Source of the DNA: Gammaproteobacteria bacterium
Lineage (GTDB): Bacteria > Pseudomonadota > Gammaproteobacteria > Steroidobacterales > Rariloculaceae
DNA: 64,000 nt
Reading direction: 5' to 3'
NCBI GenBank assembly: GCA_022820625.1
Contig: JAJEFE010000003.1
Span: 809 to 64,808, forward strand
Below are positions 1-8,115 of this stretch, piece by piece; position 1 is the stretch's first letter; each line of letters starts with the position of its first letter. The notes beneath the pieces were generated by a model that saw only the letters and a list, made by a program, of their open reading frames with translations, had not been told where the DNA came from and ran no database searches. The translations under genes were made by a program, and so were the position numbers.

Positions 1-778
1 GAGCGGGGCGCCCGCCATCGAGCGGTTTGAGCAACTTGCGCAGATCCGCCGTCTTCAGCGCCGAGATCCAGTCCAGCCCCGCCGGGGCCAGCGTCCGGCG
101 GATGCGCGCGGTGGTCAGCATGCCCCGGTCGCCCACCAGGGCGATGCGCCCGATGTCGAACCGCTCCTTGAGCCTGGCCACCTGCGCGGGCACCGTGCCC
201 GGATCGGCGGTGTTGCCGGCGAACACCTCCACGGCGATCGGACAACCCGCCCCGGTACACAACAGCCCGATGGCGATCTGCTGCTTGCCCCGCTTGCCGT
301 CGCGGTTGTGACCGAACTTCGCCAGCGGGCAACAGCGCCCCTCCAGGTAACTGGAGGTCATGTCGTAAAGCACCACGGTGCCGCCCTTCAGATACCGCCG
401 CGCCAGGCTGCGCTCGATCCACGGCTGGCGCTTGAGTAGCCAGTCGAGCATGTTCAGCATCTCGTTGCCGCTCACCGCGCCCAGGCCCAGTACCGCGCCG
501 AGGCTGGAAGCGGCGGTGTCGGGGGACAGTTGCCGGGCGGTGGCGAGCTTGGAGGCCGGAGACAGCACGCGCGCGACGAGTCCGGCCAGGGCCAACGACC
601 GGGTGCGGGACGCGGTGCGGTGCAGCAGCCGCGGCAAGCCCAGCTGCCGGCACAGCCCCAGCACGGCGGCCACGTGCCCGTGGGGCAGCGAGCGGGCCAC
701 CGCGAACGCCTCCTGCGGGGAGGTGAGCACCACCCCGCCCTTGAGCACGCGGCGGATGCCTTGTTCAACATCAATCAT
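1..778 (-). mobile_element. IS4-superfamily (IS1634-like) DDE transposase gene fragment; runs off the left window edge and appears to lack its own N-terminal region
   Basis: The minus-strand frame is open from the window edge up to ATG (cat at 776-778). It is absent from the ORF track because no stop lies inside the window. My translation is MIDVEQGIRRVLKGGVVLTSPQEAFAVARSLPHGHVAAVLG...LYDMTSSYLEGRCCPLAKFGHNRDGKRGKQQIAIGLLCTGAGCPIAVEVFAGNTADPGT...LVGDRGMLT. This matches the N-terminal half of IS1634-type transposases as I remember them. Confidence 0.6.
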
Positions 779-1402
779 CGCGCGGCGCCGCGTTTCCGGC
801 ATCCCGCGCACTTGGAAGACGCGCAAAGAGCCATTCGCCTTATCCGCCATCATGCGGATGAGTTCGGGATCGATGCCGAGCGCATCGGCGCCATGGGCGG
901 GTCTTCAGGTGCGCACCTGGTCAGCATGCTCGGCGTGATGGACAGAAACGGGGACCCGGACGATCCCAGTCCGGTCAGCCGCGAGAGCGCGAAGGCGCAG
1001 GTTGTCGTGGTGCGGGCGGCTCCGACGGATTTTCGCGGCGATGCTGCCGCACCGCTGTTCGGGTTCCGGGATACCGCCGGCCGGGAAGGGACCGCGGAAT
1101 TCAGGCAGCTTGAAGAAGCCTCGCCGATCATGTACGTCACGTCCGACGATGCCCCGTTCCTGTTGATTCATGGCGACGCGGATCCGGTCGTACCGTTCGA
1201 GCTATCCGTCGCGATGCAGGCAGAACTTGAGAAAGCCGGAGTCAGCGCGAGCCTCATACGCGTCAAGGGCGGCGGGCACGGCCCGAGATTCGAGGCGACC
1301 CAGGTGATCGACGGCAGGAGAGTCAGGGCCGAACCGCAGGATCCGCCCGACTACATCGGCGCCATGATTGCGTGGTTCGATGAGTATCTGATTGATTCGT
1401 GA
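770..1402 (+). pseudogene. alpha/beta-hydrolase (esterase/peptidase S9-like) C-terminal fragment lacking its N-terminal part
   Basis: This is the 3' part of ORF 530..1402. Hydrolase-like sequence starts near ...INHRAAPRFRHPAHLEDAQRAIRLIRHHADEFGIDAERIGAMGGSSGAHL, which contains a GxSxG nucleophile elbow. HGDADPVVP (acid) and GGGHG (His) follow. The upstream part of the ORF is antisense to the transposase and is not hydrolase-like. Confidence 0.6.
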
Positions 1403-1470
1403 GAGAGAGCCGGAACACCGACCCGCCTTGTTTCGAAGCTCCCGGGGATCCCGGTTTGCTTGGTGGAGGC

Positions 1471-2973
1471 TTAGTTCGTGGCAATCTCCCGCATGGCCCG
1501 GGCCTTGAGAATATGCTTTTGCAGCTTGCCTGAAGCCGTGCGGGGCAGGGTGTCGGTGATGACGGCGGTCTTGGGTATCTTGAACCTGGCGAGCCGCTTC
1601 CGGCAGTGATCGAGGATTTCGTCGCCTGTCACGGTGCAGCCCGGAACAGGAATGACGTAAACGCGCCCGACCTCGCCCCAGCGTTCATCCGGTACCCCGA
1701 CTACCGCGTTTTCGGCCACATCGGGCAATTCGGCGATGACAGCCTCGACTTCGGCCGGGAAGACGTTTTCGCCTCCCGAAATGAACATGTCCTTCTTGCG
1801 ATCGACCACATACAGGAATCCGTCGCTGTCCAGCATCCCCGCATCGCCAGTCTTGAACCAGCCGTCGCTGAAGGCCTGCTCGCTCGCTTCGGGTTGATTC
1901 CAGTAACCCCGGGTGATGCTGGGGCCGCGCAACCAGAGCTCGCCGACCTGGCCGGGCGGCAGATCATTGCCTTCGTCGTCCACGATCCGGGTCTCGATCG
2001 ACAATAACGGCGCACCGCAGCTTCCGGTCTTGTCCAGCAGCGTAGCGAAGTCCTGCGGCGGCATCCCGAATCCCGAACAGATTTCGGACATGCCGAAGCC
2101 GTCGGCGATCCGGATGCCGGCCTTGATGAAGCGTTTGGCATTGGCCCTGGGGTTCGGCGCGCCGCCGATGGCCCAGCACGACAGCTTCTGGAGTTGCTGC
2201 GGATCGAAGCCCGGCTCGTTCCAGATCCATGCCGACATTTGCGGAACAGAAAAATAGTGGGACACGTTCAGGTCGGGATCGGTCAGCCTCGAGAGCGTCG
2301 TCGGTGCGTCGAAGCCCTTCGAGATGAGCACACTGCCGCCCGCCTGAATGGGGACGCGCGCGGCTGCAAACAGCCCGGCCGTGTGGAACAATGGCATGTC
2401 GCAGAGAAACACGCTCTGCATCGTCACGTCATGCGAGTAAATGAAATTCGCGCAGCCCCAGAAGATGTTTTCCTCCGACAGCATGACGCCCTTGGGCCGG
2501 CCGCTCGTGCCGGACGTATAAAGGAGCGTCGCGACGTCATCGAACCGAAGCCGCGCTTCCGGGGGAGGGAAGGATCCGGCCGATCCGAGGTTCGATACCT
2601 GCGAGATGGGCATCGTTCGTGCTGCGGCTGCCGGCGGGACATGATCCTCATCGTGAAAGACGATCTCAGGGCCGGCATCTTCGGCCAGTACCTCGATTTC
2701 CGCCGGCGCGAGTCGCCAGTTGAGGGGCACGAAAATCGCACCGGCGCGAACCCCCGCATGCTGCAGCATGAGCATCTCGGCGCAATTCTTCGAGAGTGTC
2801 GCAATTCGCGCGCTGCTTGACTGTCCCAGCTCCAGGACCAGCCACGCGGCCAACCGGTCGACCGCGTCGTGCAACTCGGCATACGTCCAGCGCCGACCGG
2901 TCTCCAGGTCGACCACTGCCTGATTCTGCGGATAGCTGCGGGCGTAACTCGCGATGGGGTCGATGACGGGCAT
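1471..2973 (-). CDS. fcs: AMP-forming acyl-CoA synthetase, feruloyl/hydroxycinnamoyl-CoA synthetase-like
   Basis: 500-aa ORF with the AMP-binding signature LYTSGTSGRPKGVMLS and a C-terminal ...GKLQK motif. It lies 10 nt downstream of the ech-like gene on the same strand, the actinomycete-type ech-fcs arrangement. Confidence 0.7.
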   Translation of the reverse strand: MPVIDPIASYARSYPQNQAVVDLETGRRWTYAELHDAVDRLAAWLVLELGQSSSARIATLSKNCAEMLMLQHAGVRAGAIFVPLNWRLAPAEIEVLAEDAGPEIVFHDEDHVPPAAAARTMPISQVSNLGSAGSFPPPEARLRFDDVATLLYTSGTSGRPKGVMLSEENIFWGCANFIYSHDVTMQSVFLCDMPLFHTAGLFAAARVPIQAGGSVLISKGFDAPTTLSRLTDPDLNVSHYFSVPQMSAWIWNEPGFDPQQLQKLSCWAIGGAPNPRANAKRFIKAGIRIADGFGMSEICSGFGMPPQDFATLLDKTGSCGAPLLSIETRIVDDEGNDLPPGQVGELWLRGPSITRGYWNQPEASEQAFSDGWFKTGDAGMLDSDGFLYVVDRKKDMFISGGENVFPAEVEAVIAELPDVAENAVVGVPDERWGEVGRVYVIPVPGCTVTGDEILDHCRKRLARFKIPKTAVITDTLPRTASGKLQKHILKARAMREIATN

Positions 2974-2983
2974 CGAGGCCCCG

Positions 2984-3826
2984 TCAGCCCGTCAACCCGG
3001 ACTTGTCGTATTCGCCAAGCCCGGGCTTGTAGGTCTTGTCATCGAGGAACTGCTTCATGCCTTCGAGCCGGCCTTCGGACTTGTCTTGCCAGGTCAGCGC
3101 TTCCTGGGCCCTGACAAGGTAATCTTCCGCGTTGCCGAAAGTCATTTCGCGCACGTGCCGCACTGCATCCTTGGTGGCCTTCAGGGCCGCCAGATTCTTC
3201 TTCAGCAGCTTCTGCGCGACTTCGGAGACGCGCTCCTCGAGCTGGTCGGCCGGCACGGACTCGTTGACCAGACCCGCGGCCGCTGCCTGCGGTCCCTTCA
3301 GGTTCTCGCCGAGCAGCGCGTGGTACATGGCCTTGCGCATGGGCATCAGCTCGGTCGCCACCTTGGTGGCGCCGCCGCCCGGCAGGATGCCCCAGTTGAT
3401 CTCCGACAGGCCGAACTGCGCGTCGTCGGAACAGAAGGCGAGGTCGCACGCGAACAGCGGCCCGTAACCCCCGCCGAAACACCAGCCGTTGACCATGGCG
3501 ATGGTGACCTTCTGATACCAGCGCAGCCGCGCCCACCAGGCGTAGGCTTCGCGCTGCGAGTGACGAATAGCGCCGAGTCCTTGCGCCTCCGGCTCGCGGA
3601 AGTATTCCTTCAGGTCCATCCCGGCCGACCAGGCCGTGCCTTCGCCCGACAACACCAGCACGCCGACGTCGTCGCGAAATTCCAGATCCTCGATGACGCG
3701 CAGCATCTGCCGGTTGAGTTTCGGGCTCATGCTGTTGCGTTTCTCCGGGCGATTGAACTTCACCCAGGCGACGCCGTCGCGAACTTCAAAGGCCACGGTA
3801 TCCTGTTCCGCACGTTCGATGGTCAT
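2984..3826 (-). CDS. ech: 4-hydroxycinnamoyl-CoA (feruloyl-CoA) hydratase/lyase, crotonase superfamily
   Basis: 280-aa ORF. It shows near-colinear similarity to Pseudomonas HCHL as remembered: NRPEKRN.MSP.LN..M, AGMDLKEYFRE, TIAMVNGWCFGGG, FGLSEINWGI.PG, GMKQFLDDK..KPGL. Confidence 0.8.
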   Translation of the reverse strand: MTIERAEQDTVAFEVRDGVAWVKFNRPEKRNSMSPKLNRQMLRVIEDLEFRDDVGVLVLSGEGTAWSAGMDLKEYFREPEAQGLGAIRHSQREAYAWWARLRWYQKVTIAMVNGWCFGGGYGPLFACDLAFCSDDAQFGLSEINWGILPGGGATKVATELMPMRKAMYHALLGENLKGPQAAAAGLVNESVPADQLEERVSEVAQKLLKKNLAALKATKDAVRHVREMTFGNAEDYLVRAQEALTWQDKSEGRLEGMKQFLDDKTYKPGLGEYDKSGLTG

Positions 3827-4236
3827 GATTACTACTCCGGTGATGGCGTGCTGCGGCCGCTGGAAACGGCCGGTTCAATGGCTATGGCCGGGTCAGGGGG
3901 AACGGTCGCGTCGCTGGCTATGGTACCCGACAATCCCTGCTGAAACCGGTTATCTAACCGATCGGCGCAGAGGCCGCGTAAGTGTCGAGGAAATCATGGA
4001 GAATGCATGGGCGTCCGGAATCACGGCTGGACGCGTGACTTAATGCAGCGATTCAGTTGGTATCCAGCTTCGCCAGCAACGCGAAGTCGGAATCCGCCGT
4101 TTCCAATTCGGCGGAATAGTATCGTGCGCATGCGGCGATCAACAGGTTCGCAGCCGGGATGGTGATCGCAGTCGAATTGACTTCGAATCGGGGGCGGGTA
4201 TTGTTGGCCATAGTCGCACGTCAAACAGGAACTACG

Positions 4237-4989
4237 ATGAAACGCAGCGGATCGGGCTTCTCCATAACCACCTTCGTCATGCTGAGCTTGCTCGGGTCGT
4301 ACGCGCCGGATGCTCTTGCCGACACCTTTGTCGTCTATGGCGCGAGCGGCAGCGTCGGCAGCGTGATTGTCGAGGAAGCGCTGAGCCGCGGTCACGAGGT
4401 CGTCGGCGTTTCGCGCGACCCGGGGAGCTTGCAGAATGAGAACACGAATTTCTCTGCTGTACCGGGTGATGTCACCGATCCGGACTCCATCGCCGCGACG
4501 GTCCGGGGCGCAGATGCCGTAATCGTTGCCGTCGGCGGCGTCGGGCCGGGCAATACGCCCGAGGAAGCGGTCGCTTATCGAGGCGCGCTGGCCTACATCG
4601 AAGCGGCCTCCCGGCTCGGTGACGCGACCCCGCACGTCATTCAGGTCGGTAGCGGTACGACGCTCGACACCAATGGCGTGCGCGTGTTCGAGACCCTCGA
4701 CCTCGAGCCCGGTACCTTCGTGCACGGCCTGTTTCAGGGTCATTGGCTGGCGCTTGAGGCCTATCGGCAGTCTTCGGGTTTCGACTGGACTGTGATGTCG
4801 GCGGCTTACGGTTCGATCATGGATCAGGGCGAGTATACGGGCCGCTACCGGCTGGGCGACCAGGAGACGCTGTTCGACCGAAACGGCTCGAGCCTGCTTT
4901 CCAGGGAGGACTATGCGATCGCCGTCATCGACATGGCAGAGAGCCACACGGTTACCGGGAAGCGTGTCGCGGTCGGACCGCCGTACTGA
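4237..4989 (+). CDS. NAD(P)-binding Rossmann protein (NmrA/atypical SDR-like) with a predicted N-terminal signal peptide
   Basis: I chose the internal ATG at 4237 of ORF 4159..4989, preceded by acagga. The N-terminus MKRSGSGFSITTFVMLSLLGSYAPDALA is followed by FVVYGASGSVGSVIVEEAL, a GxxGxxG dinucleotide fold. Confidence 0.65.
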   Translation: MKRSGSGFSITTFVMLSLLGSYAPDALADTFVVYGASGSVGSVIVEEALSRGHEVVGVSRDPGSLQNENTNFSAVPGDVTDPDSIAATVRGADAVIVAVGGVGPGNTPEEAVAYRGALAYIEAASRLGDATPHVIQVGSGTTLDTNGVRVFETLDLEPGTFVHGLFQGHWLALEAYRQSSGFDWTVMSAAYGSIMDQGEYTGRYRLGDQETLFDRNGSSLLSREDYAIAVIDMAESHTVTGKRVAVGPPY

Positions 4990-4998
4990 TGGTGCGGG

Positions 4999-5074
4999 TG
5001 GCGTCCCCAAGGGGATTCGAACCCCTGTTGCCGCCGTGAAAGGGCGGTGTCCTAGGCCTCTAGACGATGGGGAC
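4999..5074 (-). tRNA. tRNA-Glu (anticodon UUC)
   Basis: The reverse complement reads GTCCCCATCGTCTAGAGGCCTAGGACACCGCCCTTTCACGGCGGCAACAGGGGTTCGAATCCCCTTGGGGACGCCA. It has a 7-bp acceptor stem, a TTCGAATC T-loop, the anticodon loop CT-TTC-AC and an encoded CCA. Confidence 0.92.
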
Positions 5075-5110
5075 GTCTCGGTACCGGCGATTTAGTCGAA
5101 CCAGGAAAAT

Positions 5111-5186
<76 letters not shown>

Positions 5187-5202
5187 AATTCCTTGCGGCG
5201 CG

Positions 5203-5231
5203 AGCGTAATGACTGCCTGTTAGGGTGTCAA
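5203..5231 (-). promoter_or_regulatory. candidate sigma70 promoter of the tRNA-Ala/tRNA-Glu unit
   Basis: The minus strand reads TTGACA (5231-5226), a 17-nt spacer, then TACGCT (5208-5203), then the GC-rich discriminator cgcgccgc. It lies about 15 nt before the tRNA-Ala 5' end. Confidence 0.4.
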
Positions 5232-5415
5232 GCTGAAGCGGATTGATTCCAATGCTTCTGCGTCAGTGGACATTTGCTGCAGTACCGATTCGGGCGAGGA
5301 TGGATTGGGCGATGCCTGACTGCCCGGCTTTCCAACCATCTTGATGTTTGCGAATATCCCAACATGGCTGGTAAACGCGAATGGACTATCGAACGGACAA
5401 GGGCGTTGGTGATTA

Positions 5416-6015
5416 GTGCCCACTAGCGACGGCAACTTCCCTCAAGGGCTGATTCTTGCTGGCGGCCGAAGCCGTCGTATGGGAGAAGACAAAGGACTGA
5501 TTGACTATCGCGGACGTGCGCAGGTGCAGTGGCTTTCGGAATTGCTGCTTGAATTTTGTACATGCGTCCGGGTATCTATCGGTCTACACCAACAGGGATT
5601 GAGCCATTACGGTTCCATGCATACCGTTGTCGAGCCCGCACCGGGTCGGGGACCCGCGGGAGGGCTGGCGTCAGCCTGGGACGTCGACCCCGACGCCGCC
5701 TGGCTGCTCGTCGCTGTTGACATGCCGCTGTTGAACCGTGCGACGTTCGAGACGTTGACGTGCGGGCGTTCCAAGGCGCACCTGGCCACTGCGTTTCGCC
5801 ATGGGGACGGTACGCTGGAACCGCTGTGCACGATCTGGGAACCCGCCGCCAGGATCGTGCTGGAGCAGCGCCTGACGCGAGGAGACGCTTCCCTCCGACG
5901 CCTGCTGGAAACAAGTCCGGTTCGGGTATTGGAACCACCCAATCTCGAAGCGCTGCGCAGTGTCGACGCACCGGCGGAGCGGATCGGAATACGCCGCCTT
6001 CTGCGGGATCTGTAG
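5416..6015 (+). CDS. mobA: molybdenum cofactor guanylyltransferase
   Basis: 199-aa ORF with a GTG start. The N-terminal motif is GLILAGGRSRRMGEDKGL, typical of the MobA-like NTP transferase fold. Confidence 0.75.
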   Translation: MPTSDGNFPQGLILAGGRSRRMGEDKGLIDYRGRAQVQWLSELLLEFCTCVRVSIGLHQQGLSHYGSMHTVVEPAPGRGPAGGLASAWDVDPDAAWLLVAVDMPLLNRATFETLTCGRSKAHLATAFRHGDGTLEPLCTIWEPAARIVLEQRLTRGDASLRRLLETSPVRVLEPPNLEALRSVDAPAERIGIRRLLRDL

Positions 6016-6087
6016 CGCGCCGCGAGGGGAATTTTGCCACGCTGTTGGGTACACTTCGCCGACGCCGGAAAAAGAGCATCACGCCGG

Positions 6088-6909
6088 ATGGCAGCCGCCG
6101 AAGAACAAGCACTACCGAGACTGATCGGGGCCGATGAGCCGGCGGCGTTTGAAGTCATTCATGCCGGCAAGGACCGGCGCCTGATCATCGCCTGCGATCA
6201 TGCGAGCAGAAGGATCCCCGTGTCTCTCGGTACGCTGGGCCTTTCGGACCGGTATCTCGACGATCACATCGCCTGGGACATCGGCGCGGCCGAGGTGGCC
6301 AGAATCCTGTGCAGGCGTCTGGGATGCGTCGCCATGCTGGGAAACTACTCCAGGCTGGTCATTGACCTGAATCGGGATCTGGACGATGCGACGGCCATGC
6401 CGGAGATCAGCGACGGCGTGCTGATACCCGGCAACATGAGCCTTGGCGAGATACAGCGCGCACAACGTATCAGGGAGTTGTATGAGCCCTACCATGAGGC
6501 CATGCGCCGGAAGATTTCGTCGCTGGTGTCCGGGGAACATGTGCCGGTGATGATCAATATCCACAGCTTCACGCCCCGACAGCATGGACTGAACCGGCCC
6601 TGGGATGTCGGCGTGCTGTGGGACGCCGACGCGCGCCTGGCGCTGCCACTGATGGCGAGACTGCGGTCGAGCGGGGGCATACGAGTCGGCGACAATGAAC
6701 CGTATTCCGGACGGCACCCGGCGGACTTTACCGTCGACCATCACGCGGAGTCTCAGGGGCTGGCCTGTGCGGGAGTCGAGATCCGGCAGGACCTTGTCGC
6801 CGACCCGGGCGGTCAGGCTGCGTGGGCCGACAGACTGGCGCGGGCGCTGGAAGCCGTTCTGGCCGACGGAGACCTGTACCGGCGTGCTGCCACCGCAACG
6901 GGAGACTGA
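6088..6909 (+). CDS. N-formylglutamate amidohydrolase-family (FGase) protein
   Basis: I chose the internal ATG at 6088 of ORF 6034..6909. Motifs are LIIACDHASRRIP, HIAWDIGAAEVA and NYSRLVIDLNRD. Confidence 0.7.
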   Translation: MAAAEEQALPRLIGADEPAAFEVIHAGKDRRLIIACDHASRRIPVSLGTLGLSDRYLDDHIAWDIGAAEVARILCRRLGCVAMLGNYSRLVIDLNRDLDDATAMPEISDGVLIPGNMSLGEIQRAQRIRELYEPYHEAMRRKISSLVSGEHVPVMINIHSFTPRQHGLNRPWDVGVLWDADARLALPLMARLRSSGGIRVGDNEPYSGRHPADFTVDHHAESQGLACAGVEIRQDLVADPGGQAAWADRLARALEAVLADGDLYRRAATATGD

Positions 6910-6914
6910 TCGAT

Positions 6915-8054
6915 ATGCAGGAGCCAACCTTTACAATAGGCATTGAGGAGGAGTATCTGCTCGTCGACCGCAAGTCCCGGGACCTGGTCAGGACGATGCC
7001 CCCGAACATGCTGGAAGAGTGCGCCGAGCGCTGCGACGATCAACTCGTCAGCCCGGAACTGCTCAGGGCCCAGATCGAGGTAGGCACCCGTGTCTGCAGG
7101 AACCTGGCAGAGGCCCGGGCGTCTCTGACCGAACTGCGCTCTGCCGTGGCGGACGTAGCCGACTCCCACGGGCTTGCGCCCATCGCGGCGTCCTCGCACC
7201 CGTTCGCCCACTGGGAACAGCAAAAACACACCGAGAGGGCTCGATATGCCGCGCTCTACGCGGAAATGCAGGCGGCCGCCAGGCGTCTGCTGATCTGTGG
7301 CATGCACGTGCACGTGGGTATCGACGACGATGAATTGCGCATCGACCTGATGAACCAGTTCAGCTACTTCCTGCCGCACTTGTTGGCGCTGTCATGCTCC
7401 TCGCCGTTCTGGGAAGCCCGGGATACCGGGTTGAAGTCTTATCGCCTGACGGTATTCGACGCGGTGCCGCGCACCGGTCTGCCCGAGCGGTTCGACAGTT
7501 TTGCGGAGTACGAGCGTCACATAAGCGTCCTGGTTGACGCGGGCCTGATACCGGATTCGACCATGATCTGGTGGGACCTGCGGCCAAGCGCGAAGTACCC
7601 CACGCTCGAGACACGTATCATGGATGTGTGCACGAGCATGGACGATGCGCTGTGCCTTGCGGCGCTGACCGCGTGCATGCTGAGAATGCTCTACCGCCTG
7701 CGCACCAACAACCAGCGCTGGCGCATGTATTCACGCCTGATGATCAGCGAGAACCGGTGGCGCGCCATGCGCTACAGTTTCGATGAAGGTCTCATCGACC
7801 TTGGCCGCGGACGGATCATTCCCTTTGCGCAGCTTGTCGAGGAAATACTGGAACTCACCCGCGAAGACGCCGAGGCGCTGGACTGCGTTGCAGAGGCGGA
7901 ACACGCGCGTTCGATTCTGACCGACGGCACCAGCGCTCACCGCCAGTTGCGCGCCCACAAGGCGGCGCTGAATGCCGGCGCCACTCCGGAGGAGGCGGTG
8001 CGGGCGGTGGTCGACCACCTCATCGAGGAGACGGTGAGGGGCGTCTACGACTGA
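6915..8054 (+). CDS. carboxylate-amine ligase, GCS2/YbdK family
   Basis: I chose the internal ATG at 6915 of ORF 6822..8054, 5 nt after the FGase stop. The N-terminus FTIGIEEEYLLVD and the length of about 380 aa are typical of the YbdK family. Confidence 0.75.
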   Translation: MQEPTFTIGIEEEYLLVDRKSRDLVRTMPPNMLEECAERCDDQLVSPELLRAQIEVGTRVCRNLAEARASLTELRSAVADVADSHGLAPIAASSHPFAHWEQQKHTERARYAALYAEMQAAARRLLICGMHVHVGIDDDELRIDLMNQFSYFLPHLLALSCSSPFWEARDTGLKSYRLTVFDAVPRTGLPERFDSFAEYERHISVLVDAGLIPDSTMIWWDLRPSAKYPTLETRIMDVCTSMDDALCLAALTACMLRMLYRLRTNNQRWRMYSRLMISENRWRAMRYSFDEGLIDLGRGRIIPFAQLVEEILELTREDAEALDCVAEAEHARSILTDGTSAHRQLRAHKAALNAGATPEEAVRAVVDHLIEETVRGVYD

Positions 8055-8115
8055 GCACGGATGCGCAAGGCATCGGCGTATCGGGTTTGTTCCTGACTTG
8101 CGGCCCGGCCGTCTT

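Noticed and set aside
4141-4200. cttcgaatcggggg resembling the tRNA-Glu T-arm (ggggttcgaatcccc), considered as a possible att remnant
   Set aside because: The two sequences share only 8 nt (ttcgaatc). The segment lies inside the PIN-like ORF, so the match is most likely chance.
5187-5415. Moco riboswitch or small gene in the ~50 % GC spacer upstream of mobA, including the 71-aa minus-strand ORF 5220..5435
   Set aside because: I could not recognise any Moco-motif features. The 71-aa ORF has no SD, overlaps the predicted tRNA promoter and has a non-descript sequence.
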